DNA of 64,000 nt. Source: Stegostoma tigrinum (Eukaryota). A program made the translations under genes and the position numbers. The first letter of the stretch is position 1. Every line of letters starts with the position of its first letter. Positions 23,761 to 37,733 of this stretch are shown here, piece after piece. The DNA lies in contig NC_081372.1 in NCBI RefSeq assembly GCF_030684315.1, forward strand, positions 51,308,987 through 51,372,986, written 5' to 3'. A model generated the notes under the pieces. It did not search any database. It was given only the letters and a program-made list of their open reading frames with translations, and was not told the origin of the DNA.

Positions 23761-26360
23761 TCATCGCTCCGGCCACAACCTCCACAGCCAGCAACCCCAG
23801 AGGAGACAGCCACACTGAGCCCTGCCGCATCTTCACCATCCCCCCAGACCTCCCACTGACTGAGGACGAACGGTCAGTCCTTAGCAAGGGGCTCACCTTT
23901 GTCCCCCTACAACCACACATCAACGAATACCAGTCACGGTTGGACATAGAGCAGTTTTTCCGCCGTCTTCGCCTCCATGCCAACTTCTTCAACCGGTAAC
24001 CCAACCCTCCTTCCACTGACCCCTTCACCCGCTTCCAGCACAAGTCCTCCTCCTGGACACCACCCCCAGGCCTCCTGGCCTCCCTCGACCTCTCCATCTC
24101 CAACTGCCGTCGAGACATCAACCGCCTCAACCTCTCCACCCCTCTCACCCACTCCAACCTCTCCCCCGCAGAACGGGCAGCCCTCCGTTCCCTCCGCTCC
24201 AACCCCAACCTCACCATCAAACCCGCAGACAAGGGTGGCGCAGTGGTATTATGGCGCACTGACCTCTACATCGCCGAGGCCAGACGCCAACTCTCCGACA
24301 CCACCTCCTACTGCCTCCTCGATCATGACCCCACACCCGAGCACCAAACCATCATCTCCAACACCATTCACGACCTCATCACCTCAGGGGACCACCCACC
24401 CACAGCCTCCAACCTCATTGTTCCCCAACCCCGCACGGCCCGTTTCTATCTCCTTCCCAAAATCTACAAACCTGCCTGCCCTGGTCGACCCATCGTCTCA
24501 GCCTGCTCCTGCCCCACCGAACTCATCTCCACCTATCTGGACTCCATTTTCTCCCCTTTGGCCCAGGAACTCCCCACACGTCCGTGACACCACCCACACC
24601 CTCCACCTCCTCCAGGACCTCCAATTCCCTGGCCCCCAACACCTCATATTCACCATGGAAGTCCAGTCCCTGTACACCTGCATTCCGCATGGAGATGGCC
24701 TCAAGGCCCTCCGCTTCTTCCTGTCCCGCAGGCCTGACCAGTCCCCCTCCACCGACACTCGCATCCGCCTAGCTGAACTCGTCCTCACACTCAACAACTT
24801 CTCTTTTGACTCCTCCCACTTTCTACAGACTAAGGGGGTGGCCATGGGCACCCGCATGGGCCCCAGCTATGCCTGCCTCTTTGTAGGTTACGTGGAACAG
24901 TCCCTCTTCCACACCTACACAGGCCCCAAACCCACCTCTTCCTCCGGTACATTGATGACTGTATCGGCGCCGCCTCTTGCTCCCCAGAGGAGCTCGAACA
25001 GTTCATCCACTTCACCAACACCTTCCACCCCAACCTTCAGTTCACCTGGGCCATCTCCAGCACATCCCTCACCTTCCTGGACCTCTCAGTCTCCATCTCA
25101 GGCAACCAGCTTGTAACTGATGTCCATTTCAAGCCCACCGACTCCCACAGCTACCTAGAATACACCTCCTCCCACCCACCCTCCTGCAAAAATTCCATCC
25201 CCTATTCCCAATTCCTCCGCCTCCGCCGCATCTGCTCCCACGATAAGACATTCCACTCCCGCACATCCCAGCTGTCCAAGTTCATTAAGGACCGCAACTT
25301 TCCCCCCACAGTGATCGAGAACGCCCTTGACCGCGTCTCCCGTATTTCCCGCAACACATCCCTCACACCCCGCCCCCGCCACAACCGCCTTAAGAGGATC
25401 CCCCTCGTTCTCACACACCACCCTACCAACCTCCGGATACAACGCATCATCCTCCGACCATTTCGCCATTTACAATCCGACCCCACCACCCGACATTTTT
25501 CCATCCCCACCCCTGTCTGCTTTCCGGAGAGACCACTCTCTCCGTGACTGCCTTGTTCGCTCCACACTGCCCTCCAAACCCACCACACCTGGCACCTTCC
25601 CCTGCAACCGCAGGAAATGCTACACTTGCCCCCACACCTCCTCCCTCACCCCTATCCCAGGCCCCAAGATGACATTCCACATTAAGCAGAGGTTCACCTG
25701 CACATCTGCCAATGTGGTATACTGCATCCATTGTACCCGGTGTGGCTTCCTCTACATTGGGGAAACCAAGCGGAGGCTTGGAGACCGCTTTGCAGAACAC
25801 CTCAGCTCAGTTCGCAACAAACAACTGCACCTCCCAGTCGCAAACCATTTCCACTCCCCCTCCCATTCTCTTGATGACATGTCCATCATGGGCCTCCTGC
25901 ACTGCCACAATGATGCCACCCAAAGGTTGCAGGAACAGCAACTCATATTCCGCCTGGGAACCCTGCAGCCATATGGTATCAATGTGGACTTCACCAGTTT
26001 AAAAATCTCCCCTTCCCCTACTGCATCCCTAAACCAGCCCAGTTCGTCCCCTCCCCCAACTGCACCACACAACCAGCCCAGCTCTTCCCCCCGGCCCACT
26101 GCATCCCAAAACCAGTCCAACCTGTCTCTGCCTCCCTCACCGGCTCTTCCTCTCACCCATTCCTTCCTCCCACCCCAAGCCGCACCCCCAGCTACCTACC
26201 AACCTCATCCCACCTCCTTGACCTGTCCGTCTTCCCTGGAATGACCTATCCCCTCCCTACCTCCCCACCTATACTCTCTCCACCTATCTTCTTTACTCTC
26301 CATCTTCGGTCCGCCTCCCCCTGTCTCCCTATTTATTCCAGTTCCCTCTCCCCATCCCCC

Positions 26361-26394
26361 TCTCTGATGAAGGGTCGAGGCCCGAAACGTCAGC
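26361..26394 (+). ncRNA. Minimal hammerhead ribozyme motif in the Penelope 3' terminal region
   Basis: CTGATGA (26364-70), A, stem II GGGT-CGAG-GCCC, GAAA, C, GTC. This is the minimal HHR architecture known from Penelope-like elements. Confidence 0.75.
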
Positions 26395-29300
26395 TTTTGT
26401 GCTCCTTGGCCTGCTGTGTTCATCCAGCCTCACATTTTATTATCTTGGAATGCTCCAGCATCTGCAGTTCCCATTATCTCTGTTAATACTTTCCTGCTGT
26501 GTGAAGCTGAGGATTTTTAGCCTCAACCTGGTAAATCCTCAAAGAACTGTCTCCAGGCGACTCTTATATCTTTTCGTATAAGATCATGAAAGGTGCACCA
26601 TGTCACATGCAATGTAAATGAAACCAATTTCAACACATGTTTGCCAGTTGCGAGTCCCGCTAGAAATGTTCTAGGAACAAATGTTTCCACACTTCTACCT
26701 CACTTTGGATATGACGAAGTTATATTGAGCTGAAAACACAGACTCTTTTTCACTTCTCTGGATAGATGGTGTTAAAGCGAGTGACATTAATGATTCTCAT
26801 TATTATTTCATCTTTTCAGCTTCTGAAGTATTTTGTATAATTGATATACTTATTTGCTACAATGGTTTATTTACATGAACCAAAAGGCAAAATCACCTTT
26901 GTGTCAACATATCAGGTGGCTGCTACTTCATTAGAGAGAGATGATTGGTGGTGACTTCGACCAGAGGGTCACTGTGACTGAGTTGAGTGTTGAGGGGAGT
27001 CATTCACGGTAACCTGAGGTGGTGTAGGAATTAAACCCACACTATTGTTTATGCTCTCCCTTGCAAAGTAGCTAAACAGGCAACTTAGCTAGTCGGCCCC
27101 GTACCCTACATTTCCTTGAAGCAGGGATGTTTTTCTGATTGCTTTGCTGATCTTTTAGGAACTTGTCACTTTTTCAATACATACAATGGAGAATCAACAA
27201 ACTCAAAATAGAATTGCTGCGCTATCATGTTTATATCAGTCATGTAGAATCTCAAACTCACCCATCAAGTACACAAAAGAATTCTGCGATGTCTTTGTCA
27301 GACTTTCCTTTCACTTCTTCTCTCATCTGCCTCGCCAACGTCACCAAGAACTCTTCAAAATCAATGGTGCCGCGACCGAAGACCACACTCTATTGTGAGC
27401 TCTGTCCATTGTTAAACATGAATATTTGTGAACCAAACAATTTTTGAAGAGAAACTGCAAATGTTTTAGCTGCATGTTACCCTTTTTGAGACCAATTGCA
27501 ATCTGAGATTTGACTATCTTTGGGACACCCAAGATATCAGTCAAATGTGAAATGCAGAAAACTGTTGCGTACTAAATCGTGAAGATATGAAATAATTTAC
27601 AATTAGATTTAGAATTTTTTTATCATGTGTACTCAAGTACAGTATTACAAGAGTACAGTGAAAATGTACAACATTGCCATGCGTGTCCCATCTCTGGATC
27701 AAAGGTAGTTGCGCCCAAAAAATGTAGGTACAAATTAGTAACTGAAAAAGAGTTAAAAAGTTAAGCATTACCTTCAGATAGCAAGTAGAAAAATAAAGAA
27801 TAAAGGTCATAGTTAACATTACAGATCTTCTTAATTTAGTCTAGAAAGTAGAACAGCTTTTTAACCTCCAGTATTTTTCTTATCTGCTCCAGAAGGAATC
27901 GTCGAAGAAATAACTTCACAGAGTAAAATTAGACACAACACAATTTGGATTCTGCTGTACATTGGAACGATCAAACGCACAAACTGGAAGACCATTTTGC
28001 CGAACACTTCAACGCAACTGGTAAGAATGTCCCTGTGCTTTCTTTGACGTGTCACTTAAATTGCCCATGATGCTCTCTGGCTGACATTGACTTGGCCTGC
28101 TGCACTGTTCCAAGGAAGGTCAAGGTAACAAACTGTGCCTTGTCTTTCAATAAGGCATTTTATAGCTGCATGGGTTCCAACTGTTCATTCCATTTCACAG
28201 AGTGCTCCATTTTGTTTCCAAATCTTTCGTTTTGAATGCTTGTTCAGTGAAGGTGCACACCTGCTTCAGGCACATTTTGGTTTATTTGTTTGCTTTCTTG
28301 CCCCAAATCAATTTGCTTTGGCCCCAGAAGACCGACTCTTCTGTCATCAATTTTGCCTGTCTTCCATTGCATCACAGATCTTTCTTTTGCACGAAAGATG
28401 GCCGGGTGGAGAACTAAAATGACAGGCCTCTGAAATCTGCAAGATGAAAGAATGAAGGACCCCATTGAAAGCCCAGCACAGCACTTCCAGGTGGTAATGT
28501 TCATGGGATAAGCATATTTTTTCGCCAGAACCTTGGTGAATTTCTGTGTTGCATCTTGTAAATGGTGCTGAATGTATTGTTGCACTACTTGATCCTTGAT
28601 TTCATTTTTGTGTCTCATACTTGAAATTGTGTGAGGCAATTGCCATCTCATTTTGTCTATAACACTAACTGTTGCACAGTGGATCAGTGTTTGGTACTGC
28701 TTCCTCACAGTGACAGAGAGCTGGGTGCAATTCCACCCTTGGCCAACTGTCTGCGTGGAATTTGCACATTCTCCCTTCGTGTACATGGCTTTACTCTGGC
28801 TACTGCCTTTACTTCCCGTAGACCAAAGATGAGCCTGTTAGTGAACAAACCATGCTTAATTGCCCATGGTATCTTGGGGAGGGTAGACTAGATGAATAAG
28901 CCATGGGAGATGCATGGTTACAAGGATAGAGGAGAGTGAGGGATGCTCTTTGGAGGGTTGGTGTGGACTTGATGGACTAAATAGACTGTTTCCACAGTGT
29001 AAGGATTCTATGATAAAACGTAATGGTGCAATGGTTTACTCAGAACAATCATTTCAGTGAACTGTCACCAAGTGCAGCTTGTTGTGCTATAGACTGTGCT
29101 GTGATTCAGTGTGAAGCATTCTTGTGTGTGAATTCAAATTTGTAGTTTCCAATCTGACACTGACAGCAGCTGATTAATGTGCAGTGAATGGCAGTGATAA
29201 TGTTGCACTTTAAGATAATTTGTCATTTGGATGACAGCCGTCATCTGTGTATCCTGGGATATGATTTGAAAGGAGAGCTGGAGAGGCCAATATTTATACT

Positions 29301-29897
29301 TCATAATATCACAAAAGTGGCTTATCTACGAATGTAGAATTTGCTGTGTGCAGGTTGTTGACGAAGTATTCTTCATGAAGTGTTGAATACCCTTTGAAAA
29401 TACTTCACTATTTATATGACTATCGAGATATGCTGTGTTCATTAAAGATGTGCCATGTCAAGAAAATGTTTTTGCTGCCAATATATAGAAACTGCTTTTT
29501 CACTTTCTCATTTGATTTTGTTGCCTGCTGGAAATAGAGGATAAATATCCAGAGAATCCCTGTCACTCACAAGTGAAACGCAACAACTGGGTGGAAAAAA
29601 TTGGCATTAACTTTATTAGGAAATGGTTTTGAATAAATTGTGCAGCGTTCCAGGCTGAGAGGAAAATCACTGAGCGTTTCATACATATGCGATTGCTTCT
29701 TCCTCACAAAGAGAGAATTACAGCAACTATGAAGCTCTTTGCTATATATGTACCTCCAGTCCTGTCAATCAGATTTTGAATTCTTTGCAATCATTGAGTG
29801 TATTTCAGATGTCTAGGCAGTTGATCGGAGAAGGGTGACGACACACAGGTCATGAAATTGTTGTATCACAGTGGGTTGCTGAGGGATGTTGGCTGTT

Positions 29898-32668
29898 TTA
29901 CTGGTCATTCTTCAACAACTTTGACCATTCTGTAAAGGGTGGAAGACATTTGATTGAAAGCAGACATAGTTTAAATACTCAGTAATAAACCCACACAATA
30001 TCGCTAATTTTTAAACATTTGCACATACCATCCAAGTCAAGTTTGCCATCAGTGTTCTTGTCCCACTCCCTGATGAGTTCATGAGCTTCCTCCTCTGTAA
30101 CATGCTCCCCAGCAGCCATGATGGCAATATGCAGCTCAGAACAATCGATGAAGCCGTCAGCATGGCTAGAGTCATCAAGAAAAGTATGAAAGTCCCCAAT
30201 CCAGCAATGTTATCTACCTTACCAAAATAGAAGTTGAGAAAAGATCATATCCATCTAATTTCACTTTCTTTCTGTCTGGAAGTTTACATTATTTAATCTC
30301 ATCAGGTAATCCAATTTAAAAACTGGCTTATAACAAATCTAGATGTCATGCACGAACACATGTGGAAATAGCTTCATAAACCTCACACTTGAACTCACCT
30401 TTTTCATCCAAAAATGATACAGTTCGCACACAATGTCTCAAATTTCTCAAGACCTGAATTCAATAGTGTGCCCTCTGCTCTGAAAGCAATTACAAATAAT
30501 TTGACATTATCACCTTGAATTAAGTTCAATTGGTAATGGCTTCCCTTTCATTCCAATGATAATATTGAATCACACTTTGTGCTCTTCCACAATTTTGTTC
30601 GTGACAGTTTTGTTTTCTGAAAATCTTCTGTTGATATTCTCTACTTATGTTCTCCATCGCGTTTTACGTGGATAAGTGTGTTGCTGACAACGACTGCATT
30701 GTTGTCCATGCCTAATTGCACTTGAATGGAGTTGCTTGTTCAGTAATTTCAGAGTGCAGTTACAAATCAGACAGTGTTCCACTGGTCTGGATATATATTC
30801 AGGCCAGCAAGGTAAGGATGGCAGATTGTCTTCCTTGAAGGAGACAAGTGAACCACATAGGTTTTCACAACAACCTCTCAGACTTTTCACTATCATCAAC
30901 GACATCAGTTTTATGCTGCAGATGTATTGATTGAGTTTTCTATTTCACTAGCTCACCGGATGAGATTTGAAAGTTTGTTCTTGGAGCATCAGCAGGATCC
31001 ACTGGCTCACTCGTCTGGGACATTTCCATTATGCTACTATCTCCCTGAAGTGAAAACATGCTGTCTATCCACATTTTCAAAACATCTGTGAGTATTGCAA
31101 CTATCTATGGATCACCGTTTCGTCTTCTTTGTTGAAGGAAAAATACTCTCAACTGTTAATACTTTCCTGCTGTGTGAAGCTGAGGATTTTTAGCCTCAAC
31201 CTGGTAAATCCTCAAAGAACTGTCTCCAGGCGACTCTTATATCTTTTCGTATAAGATCATGAAAGGTGCACCATGTCACATGCAATGTAAATGAAACAAA
31301 TTTCAACACATGTTTGCCAGTTGCGAGTCCCGCTAGAAATGTTCTAGGAACAAATGTTTCCACACTTCTACCTCACTTTGGATATGACGAAGTTATATTG
31401 AGCTGAAAACACAGACTCTTTTTCACTTCTCTAGATAGATGGTGTTAAAGCGAGTGACATTAATGATTCTCATTATTATTTCATCTTTTCAGCTTCTGAA
31501 GTATTTTGTATAATTGATATACTTATTTGCTACAATGGTTTATTTACATGAACCAAAAGGCAAAATCACCTTTGTGTCAACATATCAGGTGGCTGCTACT
31601 TCATTAGAGAGAGATGATTGGTGGTGACTTCGACCAGAGGGTCACTGTGACTGAGTTGAGTGTTGAGGGGAGTCATTCATGGTAACCTGAGGTGGTGTAG
31701 GAATTAAACCCACACTATTGTTTATGCTCTCCCTTGCAAAGTAGCTAAACAGGCAACTTAGCTAGTCGGCCCCGTACCCTACATTTCCTTGAAGCAGGGA
31801 TGTTTTTCTGATTGCTTTGCTGATCTTTTCGGAACTTGTCACTTTTTCAATACATACAATGGAGAATCAACAAACTCAAAATAGAATTGCTGCGCTATCA
31901 TGTTTATATCAGTCATGTAGAATCTCAAACTCACCTATCAAATACACGAAAGAATTCTGCGATGTCTTTGTCAGACTTTCCTTTCACTTCTTCTCTCATC
32001 TGCCTCGCCAACGTCACCAAGAACTCTTCAAAATCAATGGTGCCGCGACCTAAGACCACACTCAGTTGTAAGCTCTGTCCATTGTTAAACATGAATATTT
32101 GTGAACCAAACAATTTTTGAAGAGAAACTGCAAATGTTTTAGCTGCATGTTACCCTTTTTGAGACCAATTGCAATCTGAGATTTGACTATCTTTGGGACA
32201 CCCAAGATATCAGTCAAACGTGAAATGGAGAAAACTGTTGCGTACTAAATCGTGAAGATATGAAATAATTTACAATTAGATTTAGAATTTTTTTATCATG
32301 TGTACTCAAGTACAGTATTACAAGAGTACAGTGAAAATGTACAACATTGCCATGCGTGTCCCATTTCTGGATCAAACGTAGTTGTGCCCAAAAAATGTAG
32401 GTACAAATTAGTAACTGAAAAAGAGTTAAAAAGTTAAGCATTACCTTCAGATAGCAAGTAGAAAAATAAAGAATAAAGGTCATAGTTAACATTACAGATC
32501 TTCTTAATTTAGTCTAGAAAGTAGAACAGCTTTTTAACCTCCAGTATTTTTCTTATCTGCTCCAGAAGGAATCGTCGAAGAAATAACTTCACAGAGTAAA
32601 ATTAGACACAACACAATTTGGATTCTGCTGTACATTGGAACGATCAAACGCACAAACTGGAAGACCAT
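29898..32668 (-). CDS. Putative secreted troponin-C-derived EF-hand protein, copy 7 (open 4-exon model, 137 aa)
   Basis: Exons 32668-32539, 32049-31935, 30165-30029 and 29929-29898. Product: MVFQFVRLIVPMYSRIQIVLCLILLCEVISSTIPSGADKKNTG-GRGTIDFEEFLVTLARQMREEVKGKSDKDIAEFFRVFDS-HADGFIDCSELHIAIMAAGEHVTEEEAHELIREWDKNTDGKLDLD-EWSKLLKNDQ*. TATA at 32837-32831, AATAAA at 29617-29612. The exon-1 donor is weak (G|GTTAAA). Confidence 0.66.
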
Positions 32669-34961
32669 TTTGCCGAACACTTCAACGCAGCTGGTAAGAA
32701 TGTCCCTGTGCTTTCTTTGACGTGTCACTTAAATTGCCCATGATGCTCTCTGGCTGACGTTGACTTGGCCTGCTGCACTGTTCCAAGGAAGGCCAAGGTA
32801 ACAAACTGTGCCAAGTCTTTCAATAAGGCATTTTATAGCTGCATGGGTTCCAACTGTTCATTCCATTTCACAGAGTGCTCCATTTTGTTTCCAAATCTTT
32901 CCTTCTGAATGTTTTTTCAGTAAAGGTGCACACCTGCTTCAGGCACATTTTGGTTTATTTGTTTGCTTTCTTGCCCCAAATCAATTTGCTTTGGCCCCAG
33001 AAGACCGACTCTTCTGTCATCAATTTTGCCTGTCTTCCATTGCATCACAGATCTTTCTTTTGCACGAAAGATGGCCGGGTGGAGAACTAAAATGTCAGGC
33101 CTCTGAAATCTGCAAGATGAAAGAATGAAGGACCCCATTGAAAGCCCAGCACAGGAAATGCGTTTGGAATTTTCATGATTCCATCACCCTGTGAGACTTC
33201 TTCACCTCCCCGTGCCAACTTCCAGATTCTGTGAGTGCCTGCCTCGAGATAAGAAATTTCCTCCAAGCAGTCTGGTTTTGATATCTGTCCAGCACGTAGA
33301 TAAATATATAGCAAGGTACGATCACCTGGACGTGCCTACGATTCACGTGTGACTGTTTTGGTTGAATATCTTGAGCCACTGCCATCCAATTAGTGCAAGT
33401 CAGCTCACAATGTCTGCATGGCGGGAGTACCGGGTATGTGAAACAAAGTCATGGTGAATTTGGAGATCTAATTCCAAGTCAGGATGGTGAGTGTCATGGA
33501 GGGGAATGTGCAGGTGGTGGTGTTCCCATGTACTTGCTGCCGTTCTACTTCCAGGTGGTAATGTTCATGGGATAAGCATATTTTTTCGCCAGAACCTTGG
33601 TGAATTTCTGTGTTGCATCTTGTAAATGGTGCTGAATGTATTGTTGCACTACTTGATCCTTGATTTCATTTTTGTGTCTCATACTTGAAATTGTGTGAGA
33701 CAATTGCCATCTCATTTTGTCTATAACACTAACTGTTGCAGAGTGGATCAGTGGTTGGTACTGCTTCCTCACAGTGACAGAGAGCTGGGTGCAATTCCAC
33801 CCTTGGCCAACTGTCTGCGTGGAATTTGCACATTCTCCCTGCGTGTACATGGGTTTGCTCTGGCTACTGCATTTCCTTCCCGTAGACCAAAGATGAGCCT
33901 GTTAGTGAACAAACCATGCTTAATTGCCCATGGTATCTTGGGGAGGGTAGACTAGATGAATAAGCCATGGGAGATGCATGGTTACAAGGATAGAGGAGAG
34001 TGAGGGATGCTCTTTGGAGGGTTGGTGTGGACTTGATGGACTAAGTAGACTGTTTCCACAATGTAAGGATTCTATGATAAAATGTAATGGTGCAATGGTT
34101 TACTCATAACAATCATTTCAGTGAACTGTCACCAACTGCAGCTTGTTGTGCTCTAGACTGTGCTGTGATTCAGAGTGAAGCATTCTTGTGTGTGAATTCA
34201 AATTTGTAGTTTCCAATCTGACACTGACAGCAGCTGATTAATGTGCAGTGAATGGCAGTGATAATGTTGCACTTTAAGATAATTTGTCATTTGGATGACA
34301 GCCGTCATCTGTGGATCCTGGGATATGATTTGAAAGGAGAGCTGGAGAGGCCAATATTTATTCTTCATAATATCACAAAAGTGGCTTATCTACGAATGTA
34401 GAATTTGCTGTGTGCAGGTTGTTGACGAAGTATTCTTCATGAAGTGTTGAATACCCTTTGAAAATACTTCACTATTTATATGACTATCGAGATATGCTGT
34501 GTTCATTAAAGATGTGCCATGTCAAGAAAATGTTTTTGCTGCCAATATATAGAAACTGCTTTTTCACTTTCTCATTTGATTTTGTTGCCTGCTGGAAATA
34601 GAGGATAAATATCCAGAGAATCCCTGTCACTCACAAGTGAAACGCAACAACTGGGTGGAAAAAATTGGCATTAACTTTATTAGGAAATGGTTTTGAATAA
34701 ATTGTGCAGCGTTCCAGGCTGAGAGGAAAATCACTGAGCGTTTCATACATATGCGATTGCTTCTTCCTCACAAAGAGAGAATTACAGCAGCTATGAAGCT
34801 CTTTGCTATATATGTACCTCCAGTCCTGTCAATCAGATTTTGAATTCTTTGCAATCATTGAGTGTATTTCAGATGTCTAGGCAGTTGATCGGAGAAGGGT
34901 GACGACACACAGGTCATGAAATTGTTGTATCACAGTGGGTTGCTGAGGGATGTTGGCTGTT

Positions 34962-37733
34962 TTACTGGTCATTCTTCAACAACTTTGACCATTCTGTAAA
35001 GGGTGGAAGACATTTGATTGAAAGCAGACATAGTTTAAATACTCAGTAATAAACCCACACAATATCGCTAATTTTTAAACATTTGCACATACCATCCAAG
35101 TCAAGTTTGCCATCAGTGTTCTTGTCCCACTCCCTGATGAGTTCATGAATTTCCTCCTCTGTAACATGCTCCCCAGCAGCCATGATGGCAATATGCAGCT
35201 CAGAACAATCGATGAAGCCGTCAGCATGGCTAGAGTCATCAAGAAAAGTATGAAAGTCCCCAATCCAGCAATGTTATCTACCTTACCAAAATAGAAGTTG
35301 AGAAAAGATCATATCCATCTAATTTCACTTTCTTTCTGTCTGGAAGTTTACATTATTTAATCTCATCAGGTAATCCAATTTAAAAACTGGCTTATAACAA
35401 ATCTAGATGTCATGCACGAACACATGTGGAAATAGCTTCATAAACCTCACACTTGAACTCACCTTTTTCATCCAAAAATGATACAGTTCGCACACAATGT
35501 CTCAAATTTCTCAAGACCTGAATTCAATAGTGTGCCCTCTGCTCTGAAAGCAATTACAAATAATTTGACATTATCACCTTGAATTAAGTTCAATTGGTAA
35601 TGGCTTCCCTTTCATTCAAATGATAATATTGAATCACACTTTGTGCTCTTCCACAATTTTGTTCGTGACAGTTTTGTTTTCTGAAAATCTTCTGTTGATA
35701 TTCTCTACTTATGTTCTCCATCGCGTTTTACGTGGATAAGTGTGTTGCTGACAACGACTGCATTGTTGTCCATGCCTAATTGCACTTGAATGGAGTTGTT
35801 TGTTCAGTAATTTCAGAGTGCAGTTACAAATCAGACAGCGTTCCACTGGTCTGGATATATATTCAGGCCAGCAAGGTAAGGATGGCAGATTGTCTTCCTT
35901 GAAGGAGACAAGTGAACCACATAGGTTTTCACAACAACCTCTCAGACTTTTCACTATCATCAACGACATCAGTTTTATGCTGCAGATGTATTGATTGAGT
36001 TTTCTATTTCACTAGCTCACCGGATGAGATTTGAAAGTTTGTTCTTGGAGCATCAGCATGATCCACTGGCTCGCTAGTCTGAGACATTTCCATTATGCTA
36101 GTACCTCCCTGAAGTGAAAACATGCTGTCTATCCACATTTTCAAAACATCTGTGAGTATTGCAACTATCTATGGATCACCCTTTAGACTTTTTTGTTGAA
36201 GGGAAAATAGTCTCAACTGTTAATACTTTCCTGATGTGTGAAGCTGAGGATTTTTAGCCTCAACCTGGTAAATCCTCAAAGAACTGTCTCCAGGCAATTC
36301 TTATATCTTTCAGTATAAGATCATGAAAGGTGCACCATGTCACATGCAATGTAAATGAAACAAATTTCCATACATGTTTGCCAGTTGCGAGTCCTGCTAG
36401 AAGTGTTCTAGGAACAAATGTTTCCACACTTCTACCTCACTTTGGAGATGAAGAAGTTATACTGAGGTGAAAACACAGACTCTTTTTTTTCTTCTCTATA
36501 TAGATGGTGTTAAAGCAAGTGACATTAATGATTCTCATTATTATTTCATATTTTCAGCTTCTGAAGTATTTTGTATAATTGATATACTTGTTTGCTACAA
36601 TGGTTTATTTACATGAAGCAAAAGGTAAATTGACCTTTGTGTCAACATATCAGGTGGCTGCTATTTCATTAGCGAGAAATGATTGGTGGTGACTTCGACC
36701 AGAGGGTCACTGTGACTGAGTTGAGTGTTGAGGGGAGTCATGCACGGTAACCTGAGGTGGTGTAGGAATTAAACCCACACTATTGTTTATGCTCTGCCTT
36801 GCAAACCAGCTAACCAGGCAACAGAGCTAATCGGCCCCGTACCCTACATTTCCTTGAAGCACGGATGTTTTTCTGATTGCTTTGCTGATCTTTTAGAAAC
36901 TTGTCTCTTTTTCAATACATACAACGGAGAATCAACAAACTCTAAATAGAATTGTTGCTCTATCATGTTTCTACCAGTCATGTAGAAGCTCAAACTCACC
37001 CATCAAATACATGAATGAATTTTGCGATGTCTTTATCAGACTTTCCTTTCACTTCTTCTCTCATCTGCCTCGCCATCGTCACCAAGAACTCTTCAAAATC
37101 AATGGTGCCGCTACCTAAGACCACACTCAGTTGTAAGCTCTGTCCATTGTTAAACATGAATATTTGTGAACGAAACGATTTTTGAAGAGAAACTGCTCAT
37201 GTTTTAGCTGCATGTTACCCTTTTTGAGACCAATTGCAATCTGAGATTTGACTATCTTTGGGACACCCAAGATATCAGTCAAATGTGAAATGGAGTAAAC
37301 TGTTGCGTACTAAATCGTGAAGATATGAAATAATTTACAATTAGATGTAGAATTTTTTTATCATGTGTACTCAAGTACAGTATTACAGGCGTACAGTGAA
37401 AATGTACAACATTGCCACGCATGTCCCATTTCTGGATCAAAGGTAGTTGCGCCCAAAAAATGTCGGTACAAAATAGTAACTGTAAAAGAATTAAAAAGTT
37501 AAGCATTACCTTCAGATAGCAAGTAGAAAAATAAAGAATAAAGATCATAGTTAACATTACAGTTCTTCTTAATTTAGTCTAGAAAGTAGAACAGCTTTTT
37601 TACCTCCAGTATTTTTCTTACCTGCTCCAGAAGGAATCGTCAAAGAAATAACTTCACAGAGTAAAATTACACACGACACAATTTGAATTCTCCTGTACTT
37701 TGGAACGATCAAACACACAAACTGGAAGACCAT
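34962..37733 (-). CDS. Putative secreted troponin-C-derived EF-hand protein, copy 8 (open 4-exon model, 137 aa)
   Basis: Exons 37733-37604, 37114-37000, 35229-35093 and 34993-34962. Product: MVFQFVCLIVPKYRRIQIVSCVILLCEVISLTIPSGAGKKNTG-GSGTIDFEEFLVTMARQMREEVKGKSDKDIAKFIHVFDG-HADGFIDCSELHIAIMAAGEHVTEEEIHELIREWDKNTDGKLDLD-EWSKLLKNDQ*. All junctions GT-AG. TATA at 37902-37896, AATAAA at 34681-34676. Confidence 0.68.

Larger units (their letters stand above)
23456..26482 (+). mobile_element. Penelope-like retroelement (RT + GIY-YIG endonuclease, Neptune-type Cys linker), 5'-truncated and decayed
   Basis: RT motifs IKPADKGGAVV, FYLLPKIYK..GRPIVS, FTMEVQSLY (catalytic D changed to E), QTKGVAMGTRMGPSYA and YIDD at 24948-24959. 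Also CNRRKCYTC and VVYCIHC..LYIGETKRRLGDRFAEH. There is a stop at ~23997 and frameshifts near 24580, 24930 and 25490. TSD CTGTTAATACTTT at 23415-27 and 26480-92. The other units show the empty site. Confidence 0.95.
22167..27995 (-). pseudogene. Troponin-C-derived gene copy 6: acceptor mutated, Penelope in intron 2
   Basis: Exons 27995-27866, 27376-27262 (acceptor TTAG changed to TTCG), 22434-22298 (HADGFIECSELHIAIMAAGEHVTEEEVHELIREWDKNSDGKLDFD) and 22198-22167 (EWSKMLENVQ*). The frames themselves are open. A 3.06 kb Penelope insertion lies antisense in intron 2. Confidence 0.72.

Noticed and set aside
23427-26156. Gly/Arg-rich minus-strand ORFs and the Pro/Ser-rich N-terminal half of the 379-aa ORF
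   Set aside because: These are antisense or off-frame readings of the C-rich Penelope element and its minisatellite.
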